Shown here: positions 31,126-41,543 of the stretch, piece after piece
Layout: every line of letters begins with the position of its first letter
Numbering within the stretch: position 1 is the first letter of the stretch
Position numbers and translations under genes: made by a program
NCBI GenBank assembly: GCA_963755515.1
Contig: CAVWKA010000020.1
Span: forward strand, 78,902 to 142,901
Reading direction: 5' to 3'
Source: an uncultured Verrucomicrobiae bacterium
GTDB taxonomy: Bacteria > Verrucomicrobiota > Verrucomicrobiia > Limisphaerales > UBA11358
Length of the DNA: 64,000 nt
The notes under the pieces: model-generated
What the model was told of the DNA's origin: nothing
The model's input: only the letters and a program-made list of their open reading frames with translations
Databases searched by the model: none

Positions 31126-32560
31126 TGCCAGCACTCCATTGTTTCCCGCCTGGCGCGCCCGCTTCGCCAGCCTCGGCCAGCGCGTCCGGCAAATCCGCCA
31201 GCACAGCCTGCTCCAGTTGGACCTGCTGTTTGCTCCGCTCCTGCCGGCCGGACTCCTGTCCCAAGCCGACGAGGGGCCCAACAGCCGCGAACGCGTTTAT
31301 ACCGTGCGCCGCACGTTCTTTGGCTTCTTGTTTCAGGTGCTCAAGCCCGATTGCGCCTGCCGGGAGGTCGTCCGCCAAATCCTGGCCTTGTGCGCCCTGC
31401 ATACCGAGCGACTGCTCCAGCCCGGGCACCAGTGCCTATTGCCAGGCGCGCCAGCGGTTGCCCTGGGATATCCTGCCGCGCTTGCGTTGCGCCTTGGCCG
31501 CGCGCGCCGACCGTGCTGGCCAACGGTGGAAGGGGTTTTGCGTCAAAGTGGTGGACGGCACCGGCATCAGCCTGCCCGATACCAAGAAGAATCAGCGGGC
31601 TTATCCCCAGTCCGCAGGACAGAAGCCTGGCTGCGGTTTTCCACTGCTCAAGCTGGTCGGCGTGTTCAGCCTGGCCAGCGGGGCCTTGCTGGACTATGCC
31701 AAAGGCAACAAACACCGGCACGAACTGGGCTTGCTCCAACGGCTGCTCGACACGTTCAAGCCGGGGGATCTCGTGCTGGCCGATCGGGGCTTCAGCACCT
31801 ACGCGCTGATGGCGCTGCTCTGGTTGCGCAACGTCCATAGCCTGTTGCGTTTGCACCACGCCCGGCGGCGGGACTTCCGCCAAGGTAAACGCCTGGGCAA
31901 GAACGACCGCCTGCTGGTTTGGAGCAAACCGGATCACTGGCAGAAACCCCGCTTTATTCCGCAGTGCCTTTGGCGGCGTCTGCCGCAAAAACTCTCGGTT
32001 CGGATGGTCCGGTTCACATTGGCCGTTCCTGGCTACCGCACCCGATCGGTCACCCTCATCACTACTTTGGTCGATCCGGTGCTCTATCCGGCGGCAGAAC
32101 TGGCCCAGCTTTACGCGCGGCGCTGGCGCATTGAGTTGTGGTTTCGTGATATTAAAACTTCCATGGGCATGGAAACCCTGCGCTGCCAAAGCCCCAAGAT
32201 GGTCCACAAGGAACTGGAGATGTTCTTCATTGCCTACAACGCCATCCGTTGCCTCATGGCCGAAGCCGCCGAGACTTATGACGTTGTTATCGAGCGGCTC
32301 AGTTTCAAAGGCACGGTCGATTCGGTGCGGCAGTTTAGCGCGGCCATCGCACAGGCGCGCTCCGGCAAGAAAAGGAAAAAACTGATTGGCGCGGCTCTTG
32401 GAACTGATTGCCGCGACCGAGTCCCTGAGCGGCCTGGCCGCCGCGAACCTCGCGCGGTCAAGCGCCGCCCTAAACCTTTCCAAAAGTTAAATCGCCCGCG
32501 CCACCTGATGAAGGAAATGCTGCACCGCAGCAAATATCGCAAAAATGGACCGCTATCTAA
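31125..32560 (+). pseudogene. IS4-family DDE transposase with several frameshifts
   Basis: VVDGT, LADRGF, YARRWRIELWFRDIK. Confidence 0.85.
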
Positions 32561-32569
32561 GCGCCATTC

Positions 32570-32632
32570 GGGTCAACCCATAGTTTGGCTAGGAGGGGTC
32601 AACCCATAGCTTGGCTAGGAGGGGTCAACCCA
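32570..32632. repeat. 26-bp tandem repeat GGGGTCAACCCATAGYTTGGCTAGGA
   Basis: Two units plus a third split by IS copy 2 (continues at 34490-34510). Confidence 0.85.
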
Positions 32633-32641
32633 GAATGGCGC

Positions 32642-32989
32642 TTAGATAATGCGTAAGTCTCTTGTCTTTAACGGCTTGAGGCGTTGCGTGTCAGGCGTTG
32701 TTGCGAATAATATCTGGCGAGATAGAACCTCCATGTCGTGGATGGTCTTACGCAAGCGACGCCCGTTTTGTACGGCCTGTTTCATTTCTTCAAATTGGTC
32801 CGCCGACAGGGCCACGGTTACGGTCTTCCGTCCCACTTTGCGCGTCCACTGGTAACCCGTGCGTGGGGGGGTGAGGGTGGCGCGATCCAAGACCGAGCCA
32901 TCGCTGATATAACCGAGGCGCGCCAGCGTCCGCCGGAGTGCGGCGTACTGCTGGAGCCATTGGGGCGGAACTGCCGGAACAGGCTTCAT
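32642..32989 (-). CDS. IS accessory protein, DUF6788-like
   Basis: Identical to 30726-31073. Confidence 0.65.
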   Translation of the reverse strand: MKPVPAVPPQWLQQYAALRRTLARLGYISDGSVLDRATLTPPRTGYQWTRKVGRKTVTVALSADQFEEMKQAVQNGRRLRKTIHDMEVLSRQILFATTPDTQRLKPLKTRDLRII

Positions 32990-33040
32990 GACGGCATTTT
33001 AACATTGACGTCAAGCCATTGACAAGTATATATACTTGTC

Positions 33041-34480
33041 ATGCCTAGCACTCCATTGTTTCCCGCCTGGCGCGCCCGCTTCGCCAACCTCGGCCGGCAC
33101 GCCCAACAACTCCGGCAGCACAGCCTCCTGCAACTGGACTTGCTGCTGGCTCCGCTCTTGCCGGCCGGACTGCTCTCCCAGACCGACGAGGGGCCCAACA
33201 GCCGCGAACGCGTCTATACGGTGCGTCGCACCCTTTTCGGGTTCTTGTTTCAGGTCCTCAAACCCGCCTGCGCCTGTCGGGAAATCGTCTGTCAAATCCT
33301 GGCTTTGCGCGCCCTGGACTGCCCAGCGGATGCTTCCAGGCCGGGCACCAGTGCCTATTGCCAAGCGCGGCTGCGGCTGCCAATGGAGCTCTTCTCGCGT
33401 TTGCGTCGCGCCCTGGCCGCGCGCGCCGAACGTGGCGCCGAACTTTGGAAGGAGTTCTGCGTCAAAGTCATTGATGGCACCGGCGTGAGTATGCCCGATA
33501 CCGAAAAGAATCAGCGCGCCTATCCCCAGCCCGGAGGCCAGAAGCCGGGGTGCGGATTTCCCCTCCTGAAGCTGGTCGGCGTGTTCAGTTTGGCCACCGG
33601 AGCCTTGCTCGACTATGCCAAAGGCAATAAGCACCAACACGAACTGGGCCTGCTCCAGCGATTGCTCGACACCTTCCGGCCAGGGGATCTCGTCCTGGCC
33701 GATCGCGGCTTCAGCACCTACGCGCTGATGGCGCTGCTCTGGCAACGCCGGGTCCACAGCCTCTTCCGCCTGCATCACGCCCGCCCCGGGGATTTCCGCA
33801 AAGGCAAGCGCTTGGGCAAAGACGACCGCCTGCTGGTCTGGCCCAAGCCCGACAACTGGCAGAAACCCCGCTTTATTCCCAAGCGCCTCTGGCAATGCCT
33901 GCCGCAAACCCTGGCCGTCCGGATGGTCCGATTCACCTTGGAGATCCCCGGCTACCGGACCCAATCGGTGACCCTGATCACCACGTTGCTGGACCCGAAA
34001 CTCTACCCGGCCGCAGAACTGGCCCAACTGTATGCGCGTCGCTGGCGCATTGAACTGTGGTTTCGTGATATCAAGACCTCGATGGGGATGGAAACTTTAC
34101 GCTGCCAAAGTCCAGAGATGATTCATAAGGAACTGGAAATGTTCTTCATTGCCTACAATTTAATCCGTTGTCTCATGGCCGACGCGGCCCAAACTTACAA
34201 TGTCGAGATCCAGCGCCTCAGCTTCAAAGGCACCGTCGATGCCCTGCGGCAGTTTAGTGCCGCGATCGCACAGGCGCGGTCCCGCAAGAAAAAGAACCAG
34301 CTGATTGGCAGGCTCTTGGAACTGATCGCCAGCGATCAAGTCCCGGAGCGACCTGGCCGCCGAGAGCCACGCGCCGTCAAGCGCCGTCCCAAGCCTTACC
34401 AGAAGTTAAATCGTCCTCGCCACCTAATGAAAGAAATGCAGCACCGCAGCAAGTATCGCAAAAATCGTGACCTTATCTAA
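33041..34480 (+). CDS. IS4-family DDE transposase
   Basis: VIDGT, LADRGF, Y(2)R(3)E(6)K signature YARRWRIELWFRDIK, RPGRREPRAVKRR. Confidence 0.93.
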   Translation: MPSTPLFPAWRARFANLGRHAQQLRQHSLLQLDLLLAPLLPAGLLSQTDEGPNSRERVYTVRRTLFGFLFQVLKPACACREIVCQILALRALDCPADASRPGTSAYCQARLRLPMELFSRLRRALAARAERGAELWKEFCVKVIDGTGVSMPDTEKNQRAYPQPGGQKPGCGFPLLKLVGVFSLATGALLDYAKGNKHQHELGLLQRLLDTFRPGDLVLADRGFSTYALMALLWQRRVHSLFRLHHARPGDFRKGKRLGKDDRLLVWPKPDNWQKPRFIPKRLWQCLPQTLAVRMVRFTLEIPGYRTQSVTLITTLLDPKLYPAAELAQLYARRWRIELWFRDIKTSMGMETLRCQSPEMIHKELEMFFIAYNLIRCLMADAAQTYNVEIQRLSFKGTVDALRQFSAAIAQARSRKKKNQLIGRLLELIASDQVPERPGRREPRAVKRRPKPYQKLNRPRHLMKEMQHRSKYRKNRDLI

Positions 34481-34519
34481 GCGCCATTCGGGTCAACCCA
34501 TAGCTTGGCTCGTTTTTCT

Positions 34520-34783
34520 TCATTTCGCTGGCTTGATTCGTGTTGGTCGTGTTGGATCATTTCTTTTCATCCATTCGTGCAGCCGGGCGTTGGCGCTTTT
34601 GGACGTGCCCAAGTACATCCGCTGGGCGATGTGTTTGAGCGAGAGCGTTGTTTCCTTGCGCAGCCGCGCCGCGATCGCCAATTTCACTGGATCACTCTTG
34701 CGCCGGCGGCTTAATTCGATTTTGTGCCAGCCCAACCGCCGCAGTTCCCCAGCGATAATCCGTTGCGCCTTGGCTTCCGCGCT
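34520..34783 (-). pseudogene. 3' remnant of another Y1/RAYT-like transposase
   Basis: AEAKAQRII..LGW..RRRKSDPVKLAIAARLRKETTL..IAQR aligns with the C-terminus of 4031-4954; followed by a TGACCC end. Confidence 0.8.
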
Positions 34784-35035
34784 TTAAATGAACCTACGAG
34801 CCAACCAAAGCACCCTTGGTGCCAATGGGAAATAAACGCTGAAACAGCTTCTCGGTTATGAACGCGACACAAGGAAGTAAAGTTCACCTACATCTACTGA
34901 ACATCCCACCAGCTTGCCCGCCTCGCACTGGTGTCCCGGTCAACACAGAGGCTTGGTTTGACGAGTATGTTTCATCTCAGCACGCCCGGTTTGCTCTCGG
35001 TCAGGGATGCGACTGTTCCAGCTATGTTCAATTTT

Positions 35036-37429
35036 TTATTCCGATCCCAATTTCAATTTCGCCTCCGGCAAGCCGGGCGCGGATACTGTCAGCACGATGC
35101 TGCCGCCTTGGCGCAGGCTCTGGACGATGGCCAATGCGCGGCCATGATACAGCATTCGAGAAGATGAGGAGAGCGGGGAGTCGTCCGATTCGTTCCCATT
35201 ATCCACCGCCAGCAACTGTCCTGCCCCGGAAACTTCACATGCGCAGATGGCATCGTCATTGGGAACTAATACGCCTCGTTTATCCACCAACCGCACTTCA
35301 ACATGGGCCACGTCCTGGCCATCGGCCGTCAGCCGAACGTGGTCCGCAATCAGCTCGAGGCGCGCCGGCGGCCCTGCTGTTTGGAGCCGATATTTGACAG
35401 TTTTTCCGGTGTCCGTGGTGCCCACGGCTTTAAGTTCGCCGGGTTGAAAGGCCACCGCCCAGCGACAAATCCGTCCAGGTTGTTCCAACGGCATTTCCTT
35501 TCCAAGCGAACGTCCGTTGAGGAACAGCTCGACGGTTTTGCAATTGGAATAAACCACGACGGGCAGGCGTGGACGCCGGTCATCGGCCCAATTCCAATGA
35601 CTTTCAGGCATGAAGGCGAGGCGGCGTTCGCCCCCTGGTGGCAAAACGGCGGCATAGACCATCGGTCTGTCCGACCAAAGCGATTCACGGAAAAAACCCT
35701 GCGGCTTCTCAAAACCGCACGTATCGAACAGGCCGCCGGCGTAGCCGTGCGACGGCCAGCGTCTGGCCTCACCGAGATAATCGAAACCGGTCCATAAAAA
35801 TTGACCGGCCACACGCGGGTTGGTGGCGCATAGTTCGGCGTAGCCCGCTTCCATGCCCGTCTCGCTTGCAAAAAATTTCCGGTCCGGGTACCGCGCCAAG
35901 TCCCTCGCGTATTGGTCCAATTGATAATTGTAACCGACAACGTCCAGTTCATCGGCCAGGCCGGTCGCGTCTGAGGCGGGAATGTTGGCGAGGGCGGCGG
36001 TCACGGGACGCGTACGGTCGCATTCACGCACATCCTCGACAAGCCGGGGCGCGATTTCTGCTAGAATTTTTGCCGACGGCTTGTTGGTGCCGTAATCCTT
36101 GTCCGTGGGATAGCTGAAAGGATCGCCAGGATAATCAATTTCGTTGCCGATGCTCCAGAGAATCACACAGGGATGATTGCGGTCGCGCAAGACCATTTCC
36201 CGCAAATCGCGGTCGGACCATTGGGCGAAAAATTCCGAATAACCCGGATGATGCGACGGCGTGCCCAGGTTCCAGCCCTCAATCCATTTTTTCTTGGCGC
36301 CGCTCCATTCGTCGAATGCCTCGTCCATGACCAGCAGACCCAGGCGGTCGCACATATCGTAAAATTCAGGCGCCTTTGGATTATGCGAGCAGCGGATGGC
36401 ATTGCAACCAATCGCCTTCAGCAATATCAGCCGCCGTTCAAGCGTTTTATCCGGCACAGCGGTGCCGAGCGCCCCGGCATCGTCGTGGAGACAAATGCCT
36501 TTTATTTTCAATGGAACACCATTTAAGATGAGTCCCCTTTGGGCGTCAAAAATGGCGGAACGGATTCCAAATTTGGTTTGGACCTCGTCAACGACTTTGC
36601 CGCTGACCCAAACTTTGGTGACAGCGGTGTAAAGCCAGGGAGTATTCGGCGACCAGAGCCGGGGATTGGTGATTTCGGCGCTTTGGCTGAAATTATTTTC
36701 ACCATCGGCGGCGATGGCGGCGTCGTTGGTTAAAATTGAAACTCTTTTCCGATTTGGCGCAAAAATCTCCGTCAGCAATTGGGCCTGGGCGCTGTCGCCG
36801 GTTTCATTTTGAATCAGCGTTTGAATGGCCACCCGCGCCTGGTCCACCGCCACTTCCGGCGTGGTGATATAGATTCCATTCTGCGCCACGCGTGTTTTTT
36901 CCGTCGCAATCAGCCAGACATGACGGTCGATTCCCGATCCAGGATACCAGCGCGAATCGTCAATCGCCGAGCGGTCGGCGCGGACGGCAATCACGTTCGT
37001 TCCGCCAATGTCCAGGAATGGCGTGAGGTCGAGATCGAATGTGGAATAAGCGTAGGGCCAGCCGCCGAGAGGATGCCCGTTGATCCAGACCTGGCTTTTC
37101 AGTGAAACGCCATCAAATCGAATGCTGACAAGCTTGTCCCGCCACGCCGCAGGGGCGACGAAGGTTTTGCGGTACCAGCCGATTCCACCCGGCAAAAATG
37201 CAGTGCAACTGGCATTGGTCCGGGAGAAATCGCCCTCGCGGCTGAAATCGTGCGGCAAATTTATCCGCCGCCAATCGGCGTCGTAAAATTGCGGAGCCGA
37301 TGCCGCCGGCACGTCTCCCAAATGGAAGCGCCAGGCAAAATCGAAATTTTCAACCAGGCGCGGAGAATTTGCGGCCCGCGCCGTGTTCCCCAGCAACAAT
37401 AACCCCGCCAACACAGTCTTCAGCCGCAT
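35036..37429 (-). CDS. Glycoside hydrolase family 2 (beta-galactosidase-like), secreted
   Basis: GWYRK, NAIRCSHNP, DRNHPCVILWSIGNE, WTGFDYLGE. Confidence 0.92.
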   Translation of the reverse strand: MRLKTVLAGLLLLGNTARAANSPRLVENFDFAWRFHLGDVPAASAPQFYDADWRRINLPHDFSREGDFSRTNASCTAFLPGGIGWYRKTFVAPAAWRDKLVSIRFDGVSLKSQVWINGHPLGGWPYAYSTFDLDLTPFLDIGGTNVIAVRADRSAIDDSRWYPGSGIDRHVWLIATEKTRVAQNGIYITTPEVAVDQARVAIQTLIQNETGDSAQAQLLTEIFAPNRKRVSILTNDAAIAADGENNFSQSAEITNPRLWSPNTPWLYTAVTKVWVSGKVVDEVQTKFGIRSAIFDAQRGLILNGVPLKIKGICLHDDAGALGTAVPDKTLERRLILLKAIGCNAIRCSHNPKAPEFYDMCDRLGLLVMDEAFDEWSGAKKKWIEGWNLGTPSHHPGYSEFFAQWSDRDLREMVLRDRNHPCVILWSIGNEIDYPGDPFSYPTDKDYGTNKPSAKILAEIAPRLVEDVRECDRTRPVTAALANIPASDATGLADELDVVGYNYQLDQYARDLARYPDRKFFASETGMEAGYAELCATNPRVAGQFLWTGFDYLGEARRWPSHGYAGGLFDTCGFEKPQGFFRESLWSDRPMVYAAVLPPGGERRLAFMPESHWNWADDRRPRLPVVVYSNCKTVELFLNGRSLGKEMPLEQPGRICRWAVAFQPGELKAVGTTDTGKTVKYRLQTAGPPARLELIADHVRLTADGQDVAHVEVRLVDKRGVLVPNDDAICACEVSGAGQLLAVDNGNESDDSPLSSSSRMLYHGRALAIVQSLRQGGSIVLTVSAPGLPEAKLKLGSE

Positions 37430-37441
37430 ACGTTACATGAG

Positions 37442-38413
37442 TTACATGATTTTCAATTTGGGAAGGTCCTGCGAGTCAATCAGGCCGACCGGCTCGTTTT
37501 TGGAATTCACAACGATCAAATCGTCAATGTCGCGTTCGTTAAAAATTTTCAGCGCGTCCACAGCCAGCGCGTCCTCCCCAATGCGAACCGGATTGCGGGT
37601 CATGAAATCCGCCACAGGCCGTGATAGGAGGTCTTCGTCGGAAGTCATGTGGCGGCGAAAATCGCCGTCGGTGAAAACGCCGACAAGCTTGCGGCGCCCG
37701 TCCACGACGCTCAAGCTGCCGGAGCGGGCGCGGGTCATCACGAGCAGCGCCTCCTTGACCAGGAGACTTTCCCCGGCCACCGCATTGCGCTCGCCGCGGC
37801 GCATGATATCGCCCACCTTGAGCAGCATCGCGCGGCCGATCGCACCGCTGGGATGCAGCCGCGCATAATCTTTTTGCTTGAAACCCCGCGCTTGCAGAAT
37901 CGCCATTGCCAGCGCGTCACCCATGACCAGCGTCGCCGTGGTGCTGCTGGTGGGCGCCAGATTGAATGGACAGGCTTCTTTGGGAACTTTGATGTTGAGC
38001 GAAATTTCGGAATGCTTGGCGAGGGACGATTTCAAATTTCCCGTGATCGAAATGATTTTGACGACAAATCGTTTCAAGGGCGGCAGTAAATTCAGCAACT
38101 CTTCCGATTCGCCGGTATAGCTCAAGGCCAGAATCACGTCTCCGTCGTTGACGATTCCCAGATCGCCATGCAGGGCGTCCACGCTGTTGAGGACGACGCT
38201 CGTGGTGCCGGTGCTTGTCAGCGTCGCGGCGATTTTCGCGCCCACATTGCCCGATTTGCCGATGCCGACGACGACGACTTTTCCGCGATTTTTGAGCGCG
38301 GCAATTATGGTTTCCACCGCCAGGTCAAAGGACTTGTCCAACTGGGTCCGGACCTTTCTCAGCGCGGCGATCTCGATGTCAAAGACGTTTGCGGCTCTGG
38401 AGAGATGATTCAC
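37442..38413 (-). CDS. kdsD: KpsF/GutQ arabinose-5-phosphate isomerase
   Basis: GIGKSG, ALHGDLG, NLAPTSST, two CBS domains. Confidence 0.88.
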   Translation of the reverse strand: MNHLSRAANVFDIEIAALRKVRTQLDKSFDLAVETIIAALKNRGKVVVVGIGKSGNVGAKIAATLTSTGTTSVVLNSVDALHGDLGIVNDGDVILALSYTGESEELLNLLPPLKRFVVKIISITGNLKSSLAKHSEISLNIKVPKEACPFNLAPTSSTTATLVMGDALAMAILQARGFKQKDYARLHPSGAIGRAMLLKVGDIMRRGERNAVAGESLLVKEALLVMTRARSGSLSVVDGRRKLVGVFTDGDFRRHMTSDEDLLSRPVADFMTRNPVRIGEDALAVDALKIFNERDIDDLIVVNSKNEPVGLIDSQDLPKLKIM

Positions 38414-38451
38414 ACGTCGAGAATGCTCGGAAGCGCGGCTGATTTCAATCT

Positions 38452-38865
38452 CTACTTCGATTGCGCAAATAGCATAAAGACGCGCGGGCCGCGCGGGGTG
38501 CCGATGGCGAATTTTTCCTCTTCATGGCTGTGCGGCGTCGCCAAGCCGTCACAATGCTTGTCTTGCACAGGCTTGTCATCGGCGAAAAACATGTAATGAT
38601 GCGTGCGATGTCCGGGAATATGGTGCATGGCGAGGTGCCAGGCGCCCGAGACGTCGCGGCTCATCGGCAGTTTTTTCCAGTCGCTAAAGGTGCCGGCCAC
38701 CTCAACTTTGTGCGGGACTTCAGTTTGGCCAGACGGCAGAGTCCAACGGAAGGTTTTGCTGTAGGTTTGTCTGCGCTCCGAGGGTTTGGGGGCATGGACA
38801 TGCGTCCCGGCCCTTTGAGACGGCCTTAAGGCGCTTCCAACATGGTTCGGTATATGGTGCGGCAT
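38452..38865 (-). CDS. Stand-alone glycogen-binding (CBM48-like) protein
   Basis: VEVAGTFSDW..PM..W..Y.F..D pattern. Confidence 0.65.
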   Translation of the reverse strand: MPHHIPNHVGSALRPSQRAGTHVHAPKPSERRQTYSKTFRWTLPSGQTEVPHKVEVAGTFSDWKKLPMSRDVSGAWHLAMHHIPGHRTHHYMFFADDKPVQDKHCDGLATPHSHEEEKFAIGTPRGPRVFMLFAQSK

Positions 38866-38934
38866 ATGGGTACTGATATAATTATAGATACAACATTATG
38901 TCCATATCTCAACAGGGGATTTTGACCCGGAAAA

Positions 38935-39996
38935 CTATTCCGCGTTCGGATATGATCCGAGGATTTTTATAAAATTACAGTGCTCGCCGAGGCGCTGGAT
39001 CGCGCGGGACACCTCTTTGTCCCGCGCGTGACCATCGCAATCAATGAAGAAGAAATACTCCCACGCCTTGCGTTTGCTCGGGCGCGATTCGATTTTGGTC
39101 ATGTTAATGTTGTAACGGCGGAACGCCGCGATTGCCTGGTGCAGCGCGCCCACTTTGTCCATTACACTGATCATCAGGCTGGTGCGGTCGTGGCCCGTGG
39201 GCGGGCTGCATTGCCGGCCCAACACCAGAAAACGCGTCGCGTTGGCCGCGTTGTCCTGGATGTCCTCTTCCAAAACTGCCAGCCCGTATTTTTCGGCGGC
39301 GATGATTCCCGCCACGGCTGCGGTTCCTTTTTCCTTCGCCGCCAATTCCGCCGAGCGGGCGTTGGAGGACGTTTCGACGATTTCCACGCCCGGCAGATTG
39401 TTTTGGATCCAGCCGCGGCACTGGGCGAGTGATTGCGGATGCGCGTAAAGCTTCTTGATTTTGGCTCGCGGCGAATTGCTGACCAGACAGTGTTGCACCG
39501 GCAGAACAATCTGCGAAACGATTTTCAAATCGCTGTCCACAAACATATCGAGGGTGTGGGTGACAACGCCTTCGGTGGAATTTTCCACCGGCACCACGCC
39601 GTAATCAGCACGGCCCTTGCTGACTTCGGTAAAGACATCCGCAACGGTCTTTTGCGGCGCGTATTTCAGGCTGGAACCGAACCGGCGGATGGCCGCCTGA
39701 TGCGTAAAGGTGGCCTCCGGGCCGAGATAGGCGATGCTCATGGCCTTTTCGAGCGCCAGGGCGCTGGACATGATTTCCCGGTAAATGGCGCGAAGCTGGT
39801 CGGCAGTAATGGGTCCGGAGTTCAGGCGGGAGATTCGGTCAAGCACCGCGCGCTCGCGGTGGGGCGCGTAGATTTCCTCGCCGGCCTTGCGTTTGATGTC
39901 GCCAATGGCCAGGACGTGGCGGGTGCGATTGTTCAGGAGCCGCACCAATTGCCCGTCCAATTTATCAATGGCTTTACGATGTTCGGGAATGCTCAA
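38935..39996 (-). CDS. pheA: Chorismate mutase/prephenate dehydratase
   Basis: YLGPEATFT, PVENS, NATRF, KIESRP, LGSYP. Confidence 0.95.
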   Translation of the reverse strand: MSIPEHRKAIDKLDGQLVRLLNNRTRHVLAIGDIKRKAGEEIYAPHRERAVLDRISRLNSGPITADQLRAIYREIMSSALALEKAMSIAYLGPEATFTHQAAIRRFGSSLKYAPQKTVADVFTEVSKGRADYGVVPVENSTEGVVTHTLDMFVDSDLKIVSQIVLPVQHCLVSNSPRAKIKKLYAHPQSLAQCRGWIQNNLPGVEIVETSSNARSAELAAKEKGTAAVAGIIAAEKYGLAVLEEDIQDNAANATRFLVLGRQCSPPTGHDRTSLMISVMDKVGALHQAIAAFRRYNINMTKIESRPSKRKAWEYFFFIDCDGHARDKEVSRAIQRLGEHCNFIKILGSYPNAE

Positions 39997-40112
39997 ACAA
40001 TGAAAGAGTGCAGGTTTATTTAAGAAGAATCAAGGTTTGGGCGGTTAATTTGGAACCATTCCGTGCGAGCCGAAATCCCTTCATTGCGCGCCCTGAATTC
40101 AATTCCTAATTT

Positions 40113-41495
40113 TCAAGTTTTCTCCTCAATCAACTCCATTCTGGCGCCGCCCAGCAATTGCTCCACAAAGGCTGTAGAATAGACCCCGCGCCGGAAATTC
40201 GGGTCCTGCATGATGGCTTGCTGAAAGGCGATGGTCGTCTTCACCCCGGAGATGATGAATTCCGACAGCGCGCGGTTCATGCGGTCAATCGCCTCCCGCC
40301 GGTCCTTGCCGGTGACGATGAGCTTGCCAATCATCGAATCGTAGGTTGAAGGAATGGTATATCCAGCGTAGGCGTGAGTGTCCATGCGAACGCCGCGCCC
40401 GCCTGGCTGGTAATACATTTCAATGCGGCCCGGGCTGGGACGAAAATCATCAAAAGGGTCTTCGGCGTTGATGCGGCATTCGATGGCGTGGCCCTTCATT
40501 TCGATATCGCGCTGCGAATGCTGCAGCATTTCGCCCGCGGCGATCATGATTTGGTAGCGAACCAAATCAATGCCGGTGACTTCCTCGGTTACGGGATGCT
40601 CAACCTGGATGCGCTTGTTGACTTCCAGAAAATAATAATTGCCCTGGTTGTCCACGATGAACTCGACCGTGCCGGCGTTGACGTAATGCGCCGCCTCGGC
40701 GATTCGCACGGCGTCACGACCGATTTTATCGCGGAGTTTGCGGAATTTGTGCTCGAGCAGCGGGGAAGGGGCCTCTTCAATCAATTTCTGGTTGCGCCGC
40801 TGCACCGAGCAATCACGCTCCCCCAAATGGATGATGTGGCCTTTCTGATCTCCTAAAATCTGAATTTCAATATGATGCGGGTTTTCAATGAATTTTTCGA
40901 TATAGACACCGGAATTGCCAAAAGCCTTTTCCGCTTCGGTCCGCGCGGTGTGGAAGCCTTTGACAAGCGCCGGGTCGTTGTGCGCCACTCGCATCCCCCG
41001 TCCGCCACCCCCGGCAATGGCCTTGATCATCACCGGATAGCCGATACGCTTGGCAATTTCCCGCGCGTCCTTTTCGTTTTCAACTGCGCCATCCGAGCCT
41101 GGCGGAATGGCCACGCCAGCCTTTTTTGCCAAAGCGCGACTGATCGCCTTGTCGTTTAATGCCTGCATTGCTCGCGGGCTGGGGCCGATAAATCGAATGT
41201 TGCAGCTCTCACAAACCTCGGCAAAATGCGCGTTTTCAGCAAGAAAGCCGTAGCCGGGATGAATAGCGTCCACATCCATTACCTCGGCGGCGCTAATGAT
41301 TCGGTCGATCCGCAAATAACTTTCCGAGGCGGCGGCTTTGCCGATACAGATGGCCTCATCGGCAATTTGCACGTGCATCGAATTCGCGTCGGCCTCGGAA
41401 TAGACCGCCACGGTGCGAATATTCAGTTCCTTGCACGCGCGAATGATGCGGACCGCGATTTCACCGCGATTGGCGACCAGGATTTTTTCAAACAT
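40113..41495 (-). CDS. accC: Acetyl-CoA carboxylase biotin carboxylase
   Basis: [30 protein letters not shown]. Confidence 0.96.
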   Translation of the reverse strand: MFEKILVANRGEIAVRIIRACKELNIRTVAVYSEADANSMHVQIADEAICIGKAAASESYLRIDRIISAAEVMDVDAIHPGYGFLAENAHFAEVCESCNIRFIGPSPRAMQALNDKAISRALAKKAGVAIPPGSDGAVENEKDAREIAKRIGYPVMIKAIAGGGGRGMRVAHNDPALVKGFHTARTEAEKAFGNSGVYIEKFIENPHHIEIQILGDQKGHIIHLGERDCSVQRRNQKLIEEAPSPLLEHKFRKLRDKIGRDAVRIAEAAHYVNAGTVEFIVDNQGNYYFLEVNKRIQVEHPVTEEVTGIDLVRYQIMIAAGEMLQHSQRDIEMKGHAIECRINAEDPFDDFRPSPGRIEMYYQPGGRGVRMDTHAYAGYTIPSTYDSMIGKLIVTGKDRREAIDRMNRALSEFIISGVKTTIAFQQAIMQDPNFRRGVYSTAFVEQLLGGARMELIEEKT

Positions 41496-41543
41496 TTTTA
41501 TTTAGACTTTGACCGCGAATTGGCTCGTTTGAATGCTTGAAAG

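Larger units (their letters stand above)
30717..32569 (+). mobile_element. IS4-family element copy 1 (flanks do not match; probable recombinant)
   Basis: TIR GAATGGCGCTTAGATA; flanks GGGTCAGGCCT and GGGTCAACCCA. Confidence 0.88.
32633..34489 (+). mobile_element. IS4-family element copy 2, intact
   Basis: 17-bp TIR GAATGGCGCTTAGATAA; 11-bp TSD GGGTCAACCCA (32622-32632, 34490-34500). Confidence 0.93.

Noticed and set aside
32570-32632. Mini-CRISPR between the IS copies
   Set aside because: Contiguous 26-bp units with no spacers; they match the Y1-element end
30717-34489. Composite transposon formed by the two IS4 copies
   Set aside because: Outer flanks differ, copy 2 has its own TSD, and only 63 bp lie between them
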